The position numbers were made by a program, and so were the translations under genes. A model generated the notes under the pieces. It was given only the letters and a program-made list of their open reading frames with translations, ran no database searches and had not been told where the DNA came from. A stretch of 64,000 nucleotides of DNA from Eledone cirrhosa (lineage: Eukaryota), in assembly GCA_964016885.1 (NCBI GenBank), contig CAXHJY010001549.1, forward strand, positions 1-64,000, written 5' to 3'. Positions 13,484-24,999 of the stretch are shown here, piece after piece. Position 1 is the first letter of the stretch. Each line of letters starts with the position of its first letter.

Positions 13484-14380
13484 TACTATATATACTCAAT
13501 TATAAGCCGATCCCTTTTTTATTTGAGAAATAGGACAAAATCCTAACCCCATTTATAAGCCATGGTGGCTAATCAACACAGATGACAGTTTTGAAATTCT
13601 CATGAGTGGAGAATATATTTATGAAGTTTTAATATTTTGATATTTAAAATGTTTTAAGTGTCATTTAGAGTATAGTTTTTATTTCACTTCATTATGTAAT
13701 GAGTTACCATTTTCTGATTGTTTTCAAGGTCATATTCATTAAAAACATCAAATATAATAGCAAATATAAATTTCACCTCCAAAGTGAAACTGGTGTAATA
13801 TTCCAAAGTGAAACTGGTGTAATATTCCAAAGTGAAACTGGTGTAATATTCCAAAGTAAAACTGGTGTAATATTCCAAAGTAAAACTGGTGTAATATTCC
13901 AAAGTAAAACTGATGTAATATCCACATCCAAAGTGAAAACTGGTGTAATATTCACCTACAAAGTGAAACTGGTGTAATATTCCAAAGTAAAACTGGTGTA
14001 ATATTCCAAAGTAAAACTGATGTAATATCCACATCCAAAGTGAAAACTGGTGTAATATTCACCTACAAAGTGAAACTGGTGTAATATTCCAAAGTGTAAA
14101 CTGGTGTAATATTCCAAAGTGTAAACTGGTATAATATTCACCTCCAAAGTGAAAAAACTGGTGTAATATTCATCTTCAAAGTGAAACTGGCGTAATATTC
14201 ATCTCCAAAGTGAAACTGGTGCAACATTCATCTCCAAAGCGAAAATATTTTAGCACCTCATTTACATATAATTTTTAAGTTGGCGAAATCAAAATATTGA
14301 CCTCGAAGACAAGTCCTCCCCCCTATTTTACCATCAATATTTTGTCACATTTCTCGACATATATACAAGTATATACAATA
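13484..14380. mobile_element. Non-autonomous Tc1/mariner (Tc2-like) DNA element carrying an internal minisatellite
   Basis: Degenerate TIRs TACTATATATACTCAATTATAAGCCGA ... TCGACATATATACAAGTATATACAATA resemble the TACCGTATATACTCGAGTATAAGCCGA-type termini. Confidence 0.6.
13775..14242. repeat. ~24-bp minisatellite TTCCAAAGT[G/A]AAACTGGTGTAATA
   Basis: Tandem copies with 24-30-bp length variants. Confidence 0.92.
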
Positions 14381-14874
14381 TTTACTTTACATAAATTATC
14401 AAAAGATTTGCTATTTATGTAAACAGAATTATCCGAAACTAAATCTAATAAAATTTCTTTTAATTAAATTTAAGATAAAAATATAGTTTGAAAGAAAACT
14501 AGAGATCACTGCTCCGACCAAGTTGTAGGGGTCACTGATTTTGACCAAGTTGTAGCGGTCACGACATACAAAATAAATAGTACTCACTGTAAATGAGGTT
14601 AGCGTTTGGAAAGGCTTCCAGCTCTTAAAGCGAAGCCAAGATCAGTTCTGTATGAGCAAGACATGGTCACCTGACCTGGCATTGCCCACAATAGGACAAC
14701 TCGTCTAACCCATGCTAGCGTAGAAAAATTGACATTAAATGGTGATTATATATATATATATATTGTGCGTGTGTGTGAGTGTGCGTGAGTCTCGGGTTCA
14801 ATAGAGGGGGAAACCACAGTAGGTAAAGTACTCAATACATTAGTAGAGTATATACAAAATATAATATAGAAATA

Positions 14875-14924
14875 GCTTCTACAGGACTAGAACTGTTTCA
14901 TTCGAAGGAAATCATCAGGAAAGC
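14875..14924 (-). ncRNA. Type I hammerhead ribozyme motif (Penelope-like pLTR type)
   Basis: Minus strand: gctttc-CTGATGA-tttccttcgaat-GAAAC-ag-ttctagtc-ct-GTA-gaagc. Intact core, stem III ACAG/CTGT, short imperfect stems I and II. An inverted partial copy lies at 14928-14980. Confidence 0.7.
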
Positions 14925-14979
14925 CCCGATTTCCCTGAAATGAAAGTTCTAGTCCTGTAGAAGTCATTTCTATATCATT

Positions 14980-15440
14980 CTGTTGACAAAGGGTTTCTCC
15001 CTACGAACGAAAGGCCAGTTATATGATGCCTGTGTGAGATGGGCAGCAACTGCGGAGGATATGTGACGGCTGGAGAGAAATGAATCAAGCATGCTCCGTT
15101 GGATGTGCAATGTCAATGTGTGTGAACGACCAAGTACAGACGAGTTGAAAAAGAAACTGGGTATAAGAGGGATAAGTGTGGTGTGCAGGAGAGAAGACTA
15201 CGATGGTATGGACATGTGATGCGCATGGAGGATGACCGCTGGGTAAAGAAGTGCCAAGAAATCCCAGTAGAAGGAAGATGCAGTAGAGGGAGACCACGAA
15301 AATCATGGGCGGAAGTGGTGAGAGCTGACCTCAGATCGCTGCAGCTCACAGATGACGACCGAGGACAGTGACGATGGAGACATGCTGTGCTGAATAGGAC
15401 CCGTCCCACCCTTGCAAGCAGGAAAAAGCAGACGTATGAA
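14980..15440 (+). mobile_element. RTE-type LINE 3' fragment
   Basis: Translates to QERRLRWYGHVMRMEDDRWVKKC...GRCSRGRPRKSW, the typical RTE C-terminus. Confidence 0.88.
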
Positions 15441-15741
15441 GATATATATATATATACACAAGAATCAAATATACTACTTGACTAATATACTAATATGTAT
15501 AGATAATATAGATATAACAAACCTGTTGGTATAAACATCAACACTGGTAGACTCCTTCAGTACAGGAGAGGGGCAGATGATACTCCTGGCTTGTGTTTGA
15601 TCAATAGCATCACTCCTTCCCTCTGGCACATACATTTCTATTTGGTAGTGACCAGTTGTTTCCTCCTGCTAAGAAAGAAATACTACCAGGGGTCAGAAGG
15701 TTAATTTATTAGTTTTATTTATTTAGTTTATGTATCATATA

Positions 15742-15822
15742 TAGGGTGTCCCCCCAAAATGTATACACACTTCAACAATATTCTAATAAATATGTGTATG
15801 CATTTTGGGGGGTCACCCTGTA
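15742..15822. mobile_element. Tc1/mariner-type MITE (~80 bp)
   Basis: TIRs AGGGTGTCCCCCCAAAATG / CATTTTGGGGGGTCACCCTG-TA. A related copy is at 51182-51283. Confidence 0.7.
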
Positions 15823-16387
15823 TTTGTGGCTGAATTTTGGGGTGGGGGTGGGAGGTTATTGTGGCTGAGGGGAGGGAGGGAGAATGTAGATTGTGTGTGT
15901 GTGTGTGTTGACTGTCGACTGTGTGTGTGTGTAAGTAGAAGGGAGAGACACACATACATGTATGTGTGTCTCTCCCATCTATGTAGATATAGAGTAATGT
16001 GAATGCTAAAGGGTTAAATACACACAAACACACACACAAACATACATATACACAGCCTTAATATAAACCAACAATACTTACCATAGATATACAGTGTTGT
16101 TTACCATCTCCAGTCAGTTTAAACTGGAGATGGTAGACAGCCAGACTAATCTCAGAGATAATATTTACGTTTATGTTGACAGAGGGCAAATGGCTGGGTA
16201 TTTGTGTGGTCAGCCAGAACAATGACGTCCCCTTCTGTAAGGTTGCCAGGACGGGTCTGGGTCACTACAAAATTAAAACAATATTTGTTATATGAACAGT
16301 GTGTGTGTGAGTAGGGGGGTAATTTGTTGTGTGGGGGTTAATTTAGAGAATATAGGGTTAACATCAACAATTTGGAGGTAATATGGC

Positions 16388-16630
16388 TAACATGAAGAGT
16401 GTGGTGGGGGAGGGGATAAACATGGCGAGAGTGTGGTGGAGGGCAAACATGGCGAGAGTGTGGTGGAGGGCAAACATGGCGAGAGTGCGGTGGGGGTCAA
16501 ACATGGTGAGAGTGTGGGGGGAAAACATGGCGAGAGTGTGTGTGTAGGGGGGGGGGGGGGCATGGAGAGAGCGGGGGAGGCGGGATAACATGGCGAGAGT
16601 GTGGGGGCTAACATGGGCAGAGTGTGGGGG
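16388..16630. repeat. G-rich ~27-31-bp minisatellite (AACATGGCGAGAGTGTGG...)
   Basis: Several tandem degenerate copies. Confidence 0.8.
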
Positions 16631-16686
16631 CTTTTGAACAGGAGGGGATATCAGTATGCGTGTAGTTGTAGAAGTAGAAGGGTAAC

Positions 16687-16724
<38 letters not shown>

Positions 16725-16728
<4 letters not shown>

Positions 16729-16868
16729 GCACGTGGCCTAGTGGTAAGGGTGTTGGACTTACAATCATAACATCGTGGGTTCGATTCCTGGGTTACGTGT
16801 TGTGTTCTTGAGCAAAACACTTCATTTCACATTGCTCCAGTAAACTAAGCTGAAAGTAAACTAAGCTA
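16725..16868 (+). mobile_element. tRNA-derived SINE (family B, CORE-like domain), truncated
   Basis: A box TGGCCTAGTGG, B box GGTTCGATTCC, then TTGAGCAAAACACTTCATTTCACATTGCTCCAG. Confidence 0.8.
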
Positions 16869-17383
16869 TATATATATAGTCTCCCAGAGTTCTTTCGTTA
16901 CACACCTGTGACATCAGTGATGCTATTGTTTCTTCCTGTTGTGTTGTAATGATGGTACAACAACTAATCAAAGGCCCTAAGAAAGATTAAAGTGGTAGAA
17001 AAGCCAGGATCTACTATAAAATCCATGATCCGTAAACCTTAACCCTTTAAGAAAACCCAAATTAGGGAAGCAACTGAAATAGAACCAAGAAAACCAAAGT
17101 AGAACAGAAAACCTGAATGGAACAACAACAACCATACAAATACACACTAATGACCAAAGATAGAATACAAACACGAACACATACCAAACAGAAAACGCGC
17201 ATAGAAACACATTCGGAAATCGAGACAAATAAATAAACAATTGAATAAGTAAACATTACAATACAACGGGAGGAAACAATAATATCATTGATTATGCCAC
17301 AGGTCGCTTCGGCTGTTGGCGTCTAGTATACTGTATCACACTTTTTTGTCTCCTCTTTTCTTATGATACATATCTTCTCTTTA

Positions 17384-17414
<31 letters not shown>

Positions 17415-18391
17415 TACATGCATAAACACTTCTATGCAAATACTCATACATATATATTAAAAACACACATCATATACCAGCATAATAACGATTGACAAAC
17501 TATCAGGAGATATGCTTGCCCGTGTGAAAACCGAATTTGCTACCCTACGTATATTGACGGAAACACATATGTACATAAACACACAAACAGAACTGGTATG
17601 ACATATAGGTACATCAAAGATTTTGTTCCACTATTGAACCATTCAAGGTAGTTAGAACGAAGTACCAGTGTAGTACTGGGGTCAATTCTTCTTCTATATC
17701 TCTTTCTTAATTCCTTTCTCTCACTCTATATCCGTCTCTGGAAAACATAACCTATCTGGGGTAGAGATCGGATCTGTCACCTTATACAAAATGCCCCGAA
17801 CACCCCGAATGTCAATGCGGGACCTCTACAACTCCCTCACAAGTTATAGATCCCTACATACATACATAGAAACATCAGAGATATCCTTTATATCTTTCAC
17901 TCGATAATGCTAGACAAGTATTCCGTGAGTCAGAAAGGAATATTTGCGATATGACGGGAGAACCTCTCTGAATAAATATTACATAATTCAGAGGCTACGT
18001 AAAGCAGGCGGCGACATCATCGAAGACCAGAGATGCCATGTGGAAATGGACATAACACACATAGGGTTACCTTATAATCATAGACATTTGGGCTTATGAA
18101 CACACATATATATTTAAATATATACGGGTGCACAGGTGTACGGAGTTCTCATGTCGCCACTAAGGATTGGGCCAGATGTCACGTCACACATCTCTACACC
18201 TTCCATTAAATGTTGATTAGTAAACAAACCGTGTATCTCACATGTAAGAGGGAAAGCCATAGCAAGTGTTGAGGATTAGAGACGTGTGGAATTAATAATA
18301 ATAATATTGTTTTAATTATTAATAGTAGTAGTTGTCACAATAAAGTGAGGAGGACAACATTATTATAAATACTTATACTAATGTTGTTTGG

Positions 18392-18572
18392 AGGGCGGTG
18401 GATTGGCAGAGGGTCGGACGCCATTCTTTGACGTATAGAGTTACAGCCCTTGCCATTATGAGTTCAAATCCAGCCGAGGTTAACTTTGCCTTTCATCCTT
18501 ACAGGGTCGATAAAATAAAGTACCAGTAATGCACTGGGTAATTGCTGGCCTTGCGCCAAACGTAGAAACCAT
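18392..18572 (+). mobile_element. tRNA-derived SINE family A
   Basis: GGCGGTGGATTGGCAGA ... GAGTTCAAATCC ... CTTTGCCTTTCATCCTTACAGGGTCGATAAAATAAAGTACCAG. Confidence 0.85.
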
Positions 18573-19049
18573 TATTATAAATACTTAAATACACACAAGC
18601 TTAAACAGGTATACGTGCGTACGCTTATCTAGACACGTACGTACATAAACGTTTATAAATAAAAGCCAAAGATAGAAAGAACATAGCTTACCATATCGAA
18701 TTTGGAAGGACGTTGAGTGCTTCAACATGGTCCCATCATCATTTGCTGATACGATTATTGCATACACAACACAAGTTTAAAGAGCTATCTGTTTAGAAAC
18801 CATCAAGCCAGGCCACCATCTATACACTGAGGTATGACAATTGAAGTACATCACCGCAAATCAGGTGGTTGTAACATCAAATCAAACCTAAAGAGATAAA
18901 AATAAAAGTCATGATATATTTTCTGAAAACTACAGAATAGTAAAAGATATGTCGACACTTTTGTGATATTAATAAGACTGAGAAAGGTATGAACGCCACC
19001 ACGTAAATTAAGCTTCGTAAATAGAAAGTAGGTTTATATATATATTAAT

Positions 19050-19683
19050 TTTCATTTTCTTCCCCAATTCTGTATTTCGAAGTCCTTTCATTATTTTAAA
19101 TATTTCTATCATGTCCCTCGTTTGATTAATCTCCTCCAAAGTTGTAATTCTAAGTGTTTGTCTCTGGTATAGTCAACTAATGTTGATATTTTCAAGTCTT
19201 GGCATTTATATGGAATAGTGTACTAATATTTAAATTGTCTTCATATTTTTATCCTGTCTCCCCTAAGATTTATCTTCTCTAAATTTACAAAAGCTTCTCA
19301 TTTCTTTCACAAGATAGATCTTTAAATAATTATATTGTTTTCTGTTTTCTTCTTCTCTAGGTTGCTTCAAGAGCCTCACCAATTTTTCGGATGTCGGTTG
19401 ACCATGGCCAAAAACAATATTCTCAGTGGTATCACATATTCATGTAGAGTTTTAGATTTTTCAGCATTTAGTTAGGAAAAAGAATGTTTTATTATTTCTA
19501 TTATCCGTCTCGCTGTTTTGCTTCTACATGGTTAGCCATCTTTCAATTCATATTCATACATATTCACAATTCTTCTGTGAGGGTATAAGAAGCTCGTTAT
19601 TTGCTCAACATTCGATACCAAAACATGCTTCCTATTCATAACTTCGTTGTACGAATATAATAATTAAAGTATATATACAAGCC

Positions 19684-19715
<32 letters not shown>

Positions 19716-21935
19716 CTGCTTATTAACTCTTTCCCGAAACATATCTTCAAAATAAGGTAAGACATATCCCGAAAAATATTATAAGGTGTCTCAATAATTA
19801 TTCCATTTGATTGCAAACACGTAATTTATTTCAAATTTGTCGTCTCAAAAGAGGTGAGTATTATACATTTTATAAGAAATGAAGATCTAGAGACGAGTGA
19901 AAACTTTCATCAACGAAATCGTAATGTACACCAACGAAAATATATGTCTACAGAATACAGATTAGTAAGATAAAGTTAGAGCAAATAAATGAGAGGTCAC
20001 TTAACTTTATGTATTTAGTTTTATTTATATCGTGAAAAATGTTGATCTTCAGATATTAAATTGTGGATGTCATTGCCTTTGTCTTTACGTGTTTGTTGAA
20101 ATCCTTTTTTAATGTTTGTCTTTCTTTAAACATTGTCTTGTTTTTAAATTAATTTTAGATTATTCGTACCTCATCTCTATAGTCTCTTTTTATGGAGTCT
20201 ACCTGTCCTATTTATTGGTTTATTTCAAAAGTGATCCATTGGAACATCAGATATTAAATGAAATGTTACGTAAAAGACACGCCTTATGTTTATTCCAGGT
20301 ATTTAGAGAGATGTCCAGATGTCCACCTACAACAAAATAATACAATAAGTATATGCCATCATCCAGTAAAACTTGGTAATAATCCAGTCTCGTCACAGTC
20401 GCCATTTACAGTAAACAATAGTAGGAAAAACAAAATCAAGAGAACTATTCAGCAATTAATGAAGTGAATACATAAAATTTAAAAAAACATTACTGAATAA
20501 AATATATTTTTTACTTTCATTAAATTGTTTCTTTACTTTCTTTTATAAAACACACTTATTAATAGAAATTAAGCACAGCATTGTAGGTTCAAATCATACT
20601 TGCATGTATATATAGGAATCACGTTTAACAATTTACGGGTACGACGTACTAAGCTGGAATGACGTATGACATTATTGCAGACGGAGTCGTTGTAGGTTCA
20701 AATCAAGCCTAGAGCAATGAGAAATAAAGTCTAGATTTACTTTATGAATTCCCTTTGGGGGATGAGTTCAGGGACGTCCCGAAAAAGCCATGAACGCCAC
20801 TACATCGAGTTTTCAACCGAACAAAATGTAGTTTTATAAATATTAATTTTCAGAACGAATTCGTACAGTCCCCATAATTTGCACACATGCAAGGTGGTGG
20901 AGATCCTGGTCTGGGGTTCGATCTCAGTCAGACTCCTGCAACCGCTCTTTTTTGTTCATTTTATGAAAGATTTAAAAAAATTAAATTTCTTCAGAGATTC
21001 CTGACTGAGATTGAACCCCAGACCAGACCAGACCCTCTACTGTCTCAACACCTACCACTACGGCCACAAAGACAGATACAAAAATACTATAAAAATTAAT
21101 ATTTATAAACCTACTTTATATTTTATAAAAAAATTGATGTAGTGGCGTTTATCGCATTCCCAATGATATTAATACTTCAAAATGGTTCACTTTCATTCTT
21201 CTAGGGCTTAATATATACCTTGATATAGTTTCTCATTTCAATAGGTTTCATTTCATCCTACAACCAGTTGACCTTCAGTGACGCTCTTCAATGGTCATCG
21301 CTGATTATTATATGTGTGTGTGAGAGAGAGATTTGATCCTGAAATGTTGTCCTCAACAATAGTGGATTTCAATTCTGTCTCAACACCTACCACTACGGCC
21401 ACAAAGACAGATACAAAAATACTATAAAAATTAATATTTATAAACCTACTTTATATTTTATAAAAAATTGATGTAGTGGCGTTTATCGAATTCCCAATGA
21501 TATTAATACTTCAAAATGGTTCACTTTCATTCTGAAACACTAGATGAATATATGTGATACCACTGAGAATATTGTTTCGGGCCATTGTCAACCGTCATCT
21601 GAAAAACGGTGAAGCTCTTGAAAGAACCCAGAGAAGAAGAAACAGAAAACGCGAGAATTATTTAGGGATCTGTCTTGTGAAGGAAGATGAGAAACTTTTG
21701 AAAATTTAGAGGAGATGAATCTAAGGGGAGATATGATAAAATTATAAAGACTATTTAAATATTAGTACACTATTCCAGGTCAATATACAGACTTGCACAC
21801 ATCAACATTAGTTCACTATACCAAGGAAAAACACTTAGAATTACAACTTTGGAGGAGATAAATGAAACGAGTGACATGATTGAAATATTTAAAATAATGA
21901 AAGGACTTCAAAATACAGTATTGGAGAAGAAAGTA
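19050..21935. repeat. Diverged ~390-bp inverted repeat pair (19050-19445 / 21543-21935) containing CR1-like LINE 3' coding remnants
   Basis: Arms are reverse complements, e.g. AAACAATATTCTCAGTGGTATCACATAT. The right arm encodes LRGDMIK and DMIEIFKIMKG, similar to the CR1/L2 C-terminal RGD(L/M)IE motif. Confidence 0.7.
20791..21150. repeat. Fold-back element with two inverted tRNA-like segments; right arm duplicated at 21376-21533
   Basis: AACGCCACTACATC...GATGTAGTGGCGTT outer arms and CTGGTCTGGGGTTCGATCTCAGTCAG / CTGACTGAGATTGAACCCCAGACCAG inner arms. Confidence 0.7.
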
Positions 21936-22219
21936 CACTCTGTAAAGTACTAGTTTTGGTACCACAAAAAATGCACCCAGTAAACTTTGTAAAATAGTTG
22001 GTATTAAGAAGAGTATCTAGCTGATAACCCGACTAATCCATGCCAGCATGGAAAGTAAACACAAAATGATGATTATGATGAAAGAAACACATACATATAT
22101 ACATACATACATACATACACACACAAAATGTTGATTTCTAATTTAGGCAGATGGTCAGCAAAAATTGAGGAAGGGCAAAGTTGATTAAATCAACCTCAGT
22201 ACTTGACTGGTATTATATT

Positions 22220-22408
22220 GGTGAATTGGCAGTATCGGTAGAGAGTTGGACGCCATGTTTTCTAGCATAGCTGCGTCCCTTTACAGTCTGAGTTCAAATC
22301 CCGCCAAGGTTAACTTTGCCTTTCATCCTTACGGGGTCGATAAAATAAAGTACCAGTAATGTACTGGGTAATTTGCTGGTCTTGTGCCTAAAGTAGAAAC
22401 AATTATAT
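22220..22408 (+). mobile_element. tRNA-derived SINE family A
   Basis: Same organisation as the 18392 copy. Confidence 0.85.
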
Positions 22409-22714
22409 TTGATCAAACACAGAAGAATGAAAAAAATAAGTTGACCACAATAGGATTTGAACCCTAATGTAACGAGTCAAAACAAATACTGTAATTGCAT
22501 TTTATCCAATGATTTACCAAGTCAGTCAATCTACCACCCTAATACACACACACGCCACACGTGCACACACACACAATACTGAGAGGTCAAACTGCAATTA
22601 TCTCTCCTACTTATGAGCTAAACTTTAGTACTGAATTTATCTCTATAGTAACCTTGATAATTTGATCTAATATGATATTTAATAGATCAATGCTATATAT
22701 AGAATAAGATAAAA

Positions 22715-22767
<53 letters not shown>

Positions 22768-22818
22768 AGTAAGTCAAATATGTAAAAGTTGACTTCGTTT
22801 ATTATAAATTATAGCTTT

Positions 22819-22873
22819 ACTGCTATATATATTTCGGTGACAGCCATCATTGGTTGTGACCTCTTCAGGCAGT
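22819..22873 (-). ncRNA. Type I hammerhead ribozyme motif
   Basis: actgc-CTGAAGA-ggt-cacaaccaatgatggctgtc-acc-GAAA-tatata-TA-gcagt. Stem I is 5 bp; stem III is palindromic. Confidence 0.85.
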
Positions 22874-23065
22874 CCGATTTGGTGTGGAAAAGACAGGTAC
22901 ACATGTTGTTGAAATGTGTTTCACCCCGTCAATACATCGATATGTCCAGCTCCTGGGTGTGTTGGAGGACTTACAACACACCCAGGAGCTGGACATATCG
23001 ATGTATTGACGGGGTGAAACACATTTCAACAACATGTGTACCTGTCTTTTCCACACCAACTCGGA

Positions 23066-23118
23066 CTGCCTGAAGAGGCCACAACCAATGATGGCTGTCG
23101 CCGAAATATATATAGCAG
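23066..23118 (+). ncRNA. Type I hammerhead ribozyme motif
   Basis: ctgc-CTGAAGA-ggc-cacaaccaatgatggctgtc-gcc-GAAA-tatata-TA-gcag. Confidence 0.85.
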
Positions 23119-23557
23119 AGAATTTATAATTTATAATAAACGAAACCAAATTTTACATGTTTGACTTACTTATTTTACATTATACTCCGGAGTAAACAAA
23201 CCAACCTGCGTACTTCGTCGAGTGCTCCAATCTGCATACTGAGGTGTCGGTAAACAACCAACATATACTCAAAATATATATATACATACAAAGTGTTTTC
23301 GAAGATTGAGTTGGAGAGTGAGTGTATTAGAATTCATAGAATAATGAGAAAAACTCACAGCAAGGAGCTGTTAAAATAGCAAAAGACTGTCAGTGACAGC
23401 GTCGGGTAAAAAAACCCCCAATCCACCAGTAGAAGCACATTAAAAGTAAATGTGGTGAGTGACAAGAAGCTACAGTGTTTGTAAGGACTCTTCAGTCAGA
23501 ACGAACATGTGACAACCTGTCTAGTGCTGGTGCTACAATAAATTCCACCCAATACAG

Positions 23558-24420
23558 ATGTCCAACGTAACTGGGATGACATCAAATGCAGGCCTTCCTT
23601 CAGGCACATCAAGTCTGGCATGGACCAACACTGCCTCATCTACCTCCTCTCCGCTTCACAGCCAAACAGTGGTGCGTGAATCACTTCGTTGTCCTCCTCA
23701 TCAATCGGTACTCTTCTTGATGACGAGTGCACTCGCATCGGAGTGGCTCAACGCCTCGGGCTCCACATGTGCGAACCACATAAATGCCGTTGCGAGGCAG
23801 TCGTTGATAAGTTCAGCCTGCACTCACTGTCATGCCACCAGAATGCATGCCAGTCGCCTGACATATTGAGAAGGAGCCTGGACGCAGCTTGCTTCCCATC
23901 ACAACAGGAGCTGGCAAGCCTCAACCATGGAGAGAGCAAGCACCGCAATGGAATTACCCTCCTCCCATTCAAAGGAGGTAGACCCCTCTTCTGAGATGTC
24001 ACATGTTGTGACAGGTTCTCTACATCCAACTTAGTCGCTTCGGCCACAAACCCCGAATAAAGGAAGACAAAAAAATACTGGAGATTGTCCAGCTGCTTCC
24101 TCTTCGCACTAATCGCCATCAAGACCTCAGGCGTACTTTGAACCCGTACTGCCAAGCTCCTCTGCAAGGTCGGAACGTCAGCAGCACGTCTGAAGAAGGA
24201 CCCCCGTGAGGTGGGGTGGTTGTTGCAGTGGGTGTCACTGGCCCTTGACTGCGGGAATGCTTTTGCGGTCTTGTCCGCGAAGCACAGCCCCATTACCGTT
24301 GTGCCCTAGGCCCATCACCCTCCGCCTTCCCCCTCCCATTCTTCTGTAACCCTAGAGCCCTTTCCTTTTCCTTTTTTAAATATTTGTAGTGTTTTTTTAA
24401 TTATTTTATAGGCATTCATT
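23558..24420 (+). mobile_element. Defective CRE-like non-LTR retroelement (C-terminal zinc knuckle + restriction-like endonuclease)
   Basis: RIGVAQRLGLHMCEPHKCRC...H.LSC, R.(N/D)GITLLPF..GR.L and LLQWVSLALDCGNA motifs with frameshifts. T-rich 3' tail. Confidence 0.8.
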
Positions 24421-24687
24421 TATGTAGTTACTCATTTATTATTTTATTAAGTACCCACTGTAAAGTGGTGGTGGTGGTGCTATGAAAAAACACCCCACCC
24501 CCCACCCCACCCCCCACCACCCAAAGAAAACCCCTGCAAGCTGTACACTCTGGCATATAGCTGTAGATACCATGCCAAATATAGAAAGTATGAGTAAGAT
24601 GATGTTGCTTTAACACGCCATGTCTCGAATCGTGATAACCCATGCCTGTGTGGAAAGTAGGCGTAAAACTATGATGATGATAATGTA

Positions 24688-24879
24688 AACCTGTCAACTC
24701 ACCCCGTCTGACGGGGAGATCTCCCACCCACCTCGGGGTGAGTGAGAGATGTCTTCTCTTGTCAAAATGGGTATAGCTTTCATTATGTAAAATCTCCCCA
24801 TTTTGCCTCATTTCTCCCCGTTTTGGAGCACTTTTTTCATGGTAGGCCCTGTTTGTGTTTTTAGAGGTTGGCAGGTCTG
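24688..24879 (-). mobile_element. ~190-bp MITE with (C)AGACCTGCCAAC / GTTGACAGG TIRs (hAT-like)
   Basis: Homologous copies at 34846-35038 and 47709-47849. Confidence 0.75.
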
Positions 24880-24999
24880 ATAATGTTTACAGTTTATTTT
24901 CATGGTTCATTGTTATATTGTTCAAACGGTTATGTTGATTAATATTTACTGTACAGAAATTATGTTTAATTTTACCGTTCATTTTCACTTTTACCCGTA

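Larger units (their letters stand above)
22761..23177. mobile_element. ~417-bp near-perfect palindrome: inverted Penelope-like pseudo-LTRs, each with a hammerhead motif
   Basis: Arms of ~204 bp are reverse complements around a 9-nt spacer (GAGGACTTA). The element follows a (TA)n tract. Confidence 0.85.

Noticed and set aside
13775-14242. CRISPR-like regular repeat
   Set aside because: No unique spacers, eukaryotic context and no cas genes; it is a minisatellite.
16725-16800. tRNA gene
   Set aside because: A/B boxes continue into a SINE body and there is no complete cloverleaf. The same applies to the other SINE heads.
22789-23149. Pair of similar 94-aa ORFs on opposite strands
   Set aside because: Consequence of the DNA palindrome.
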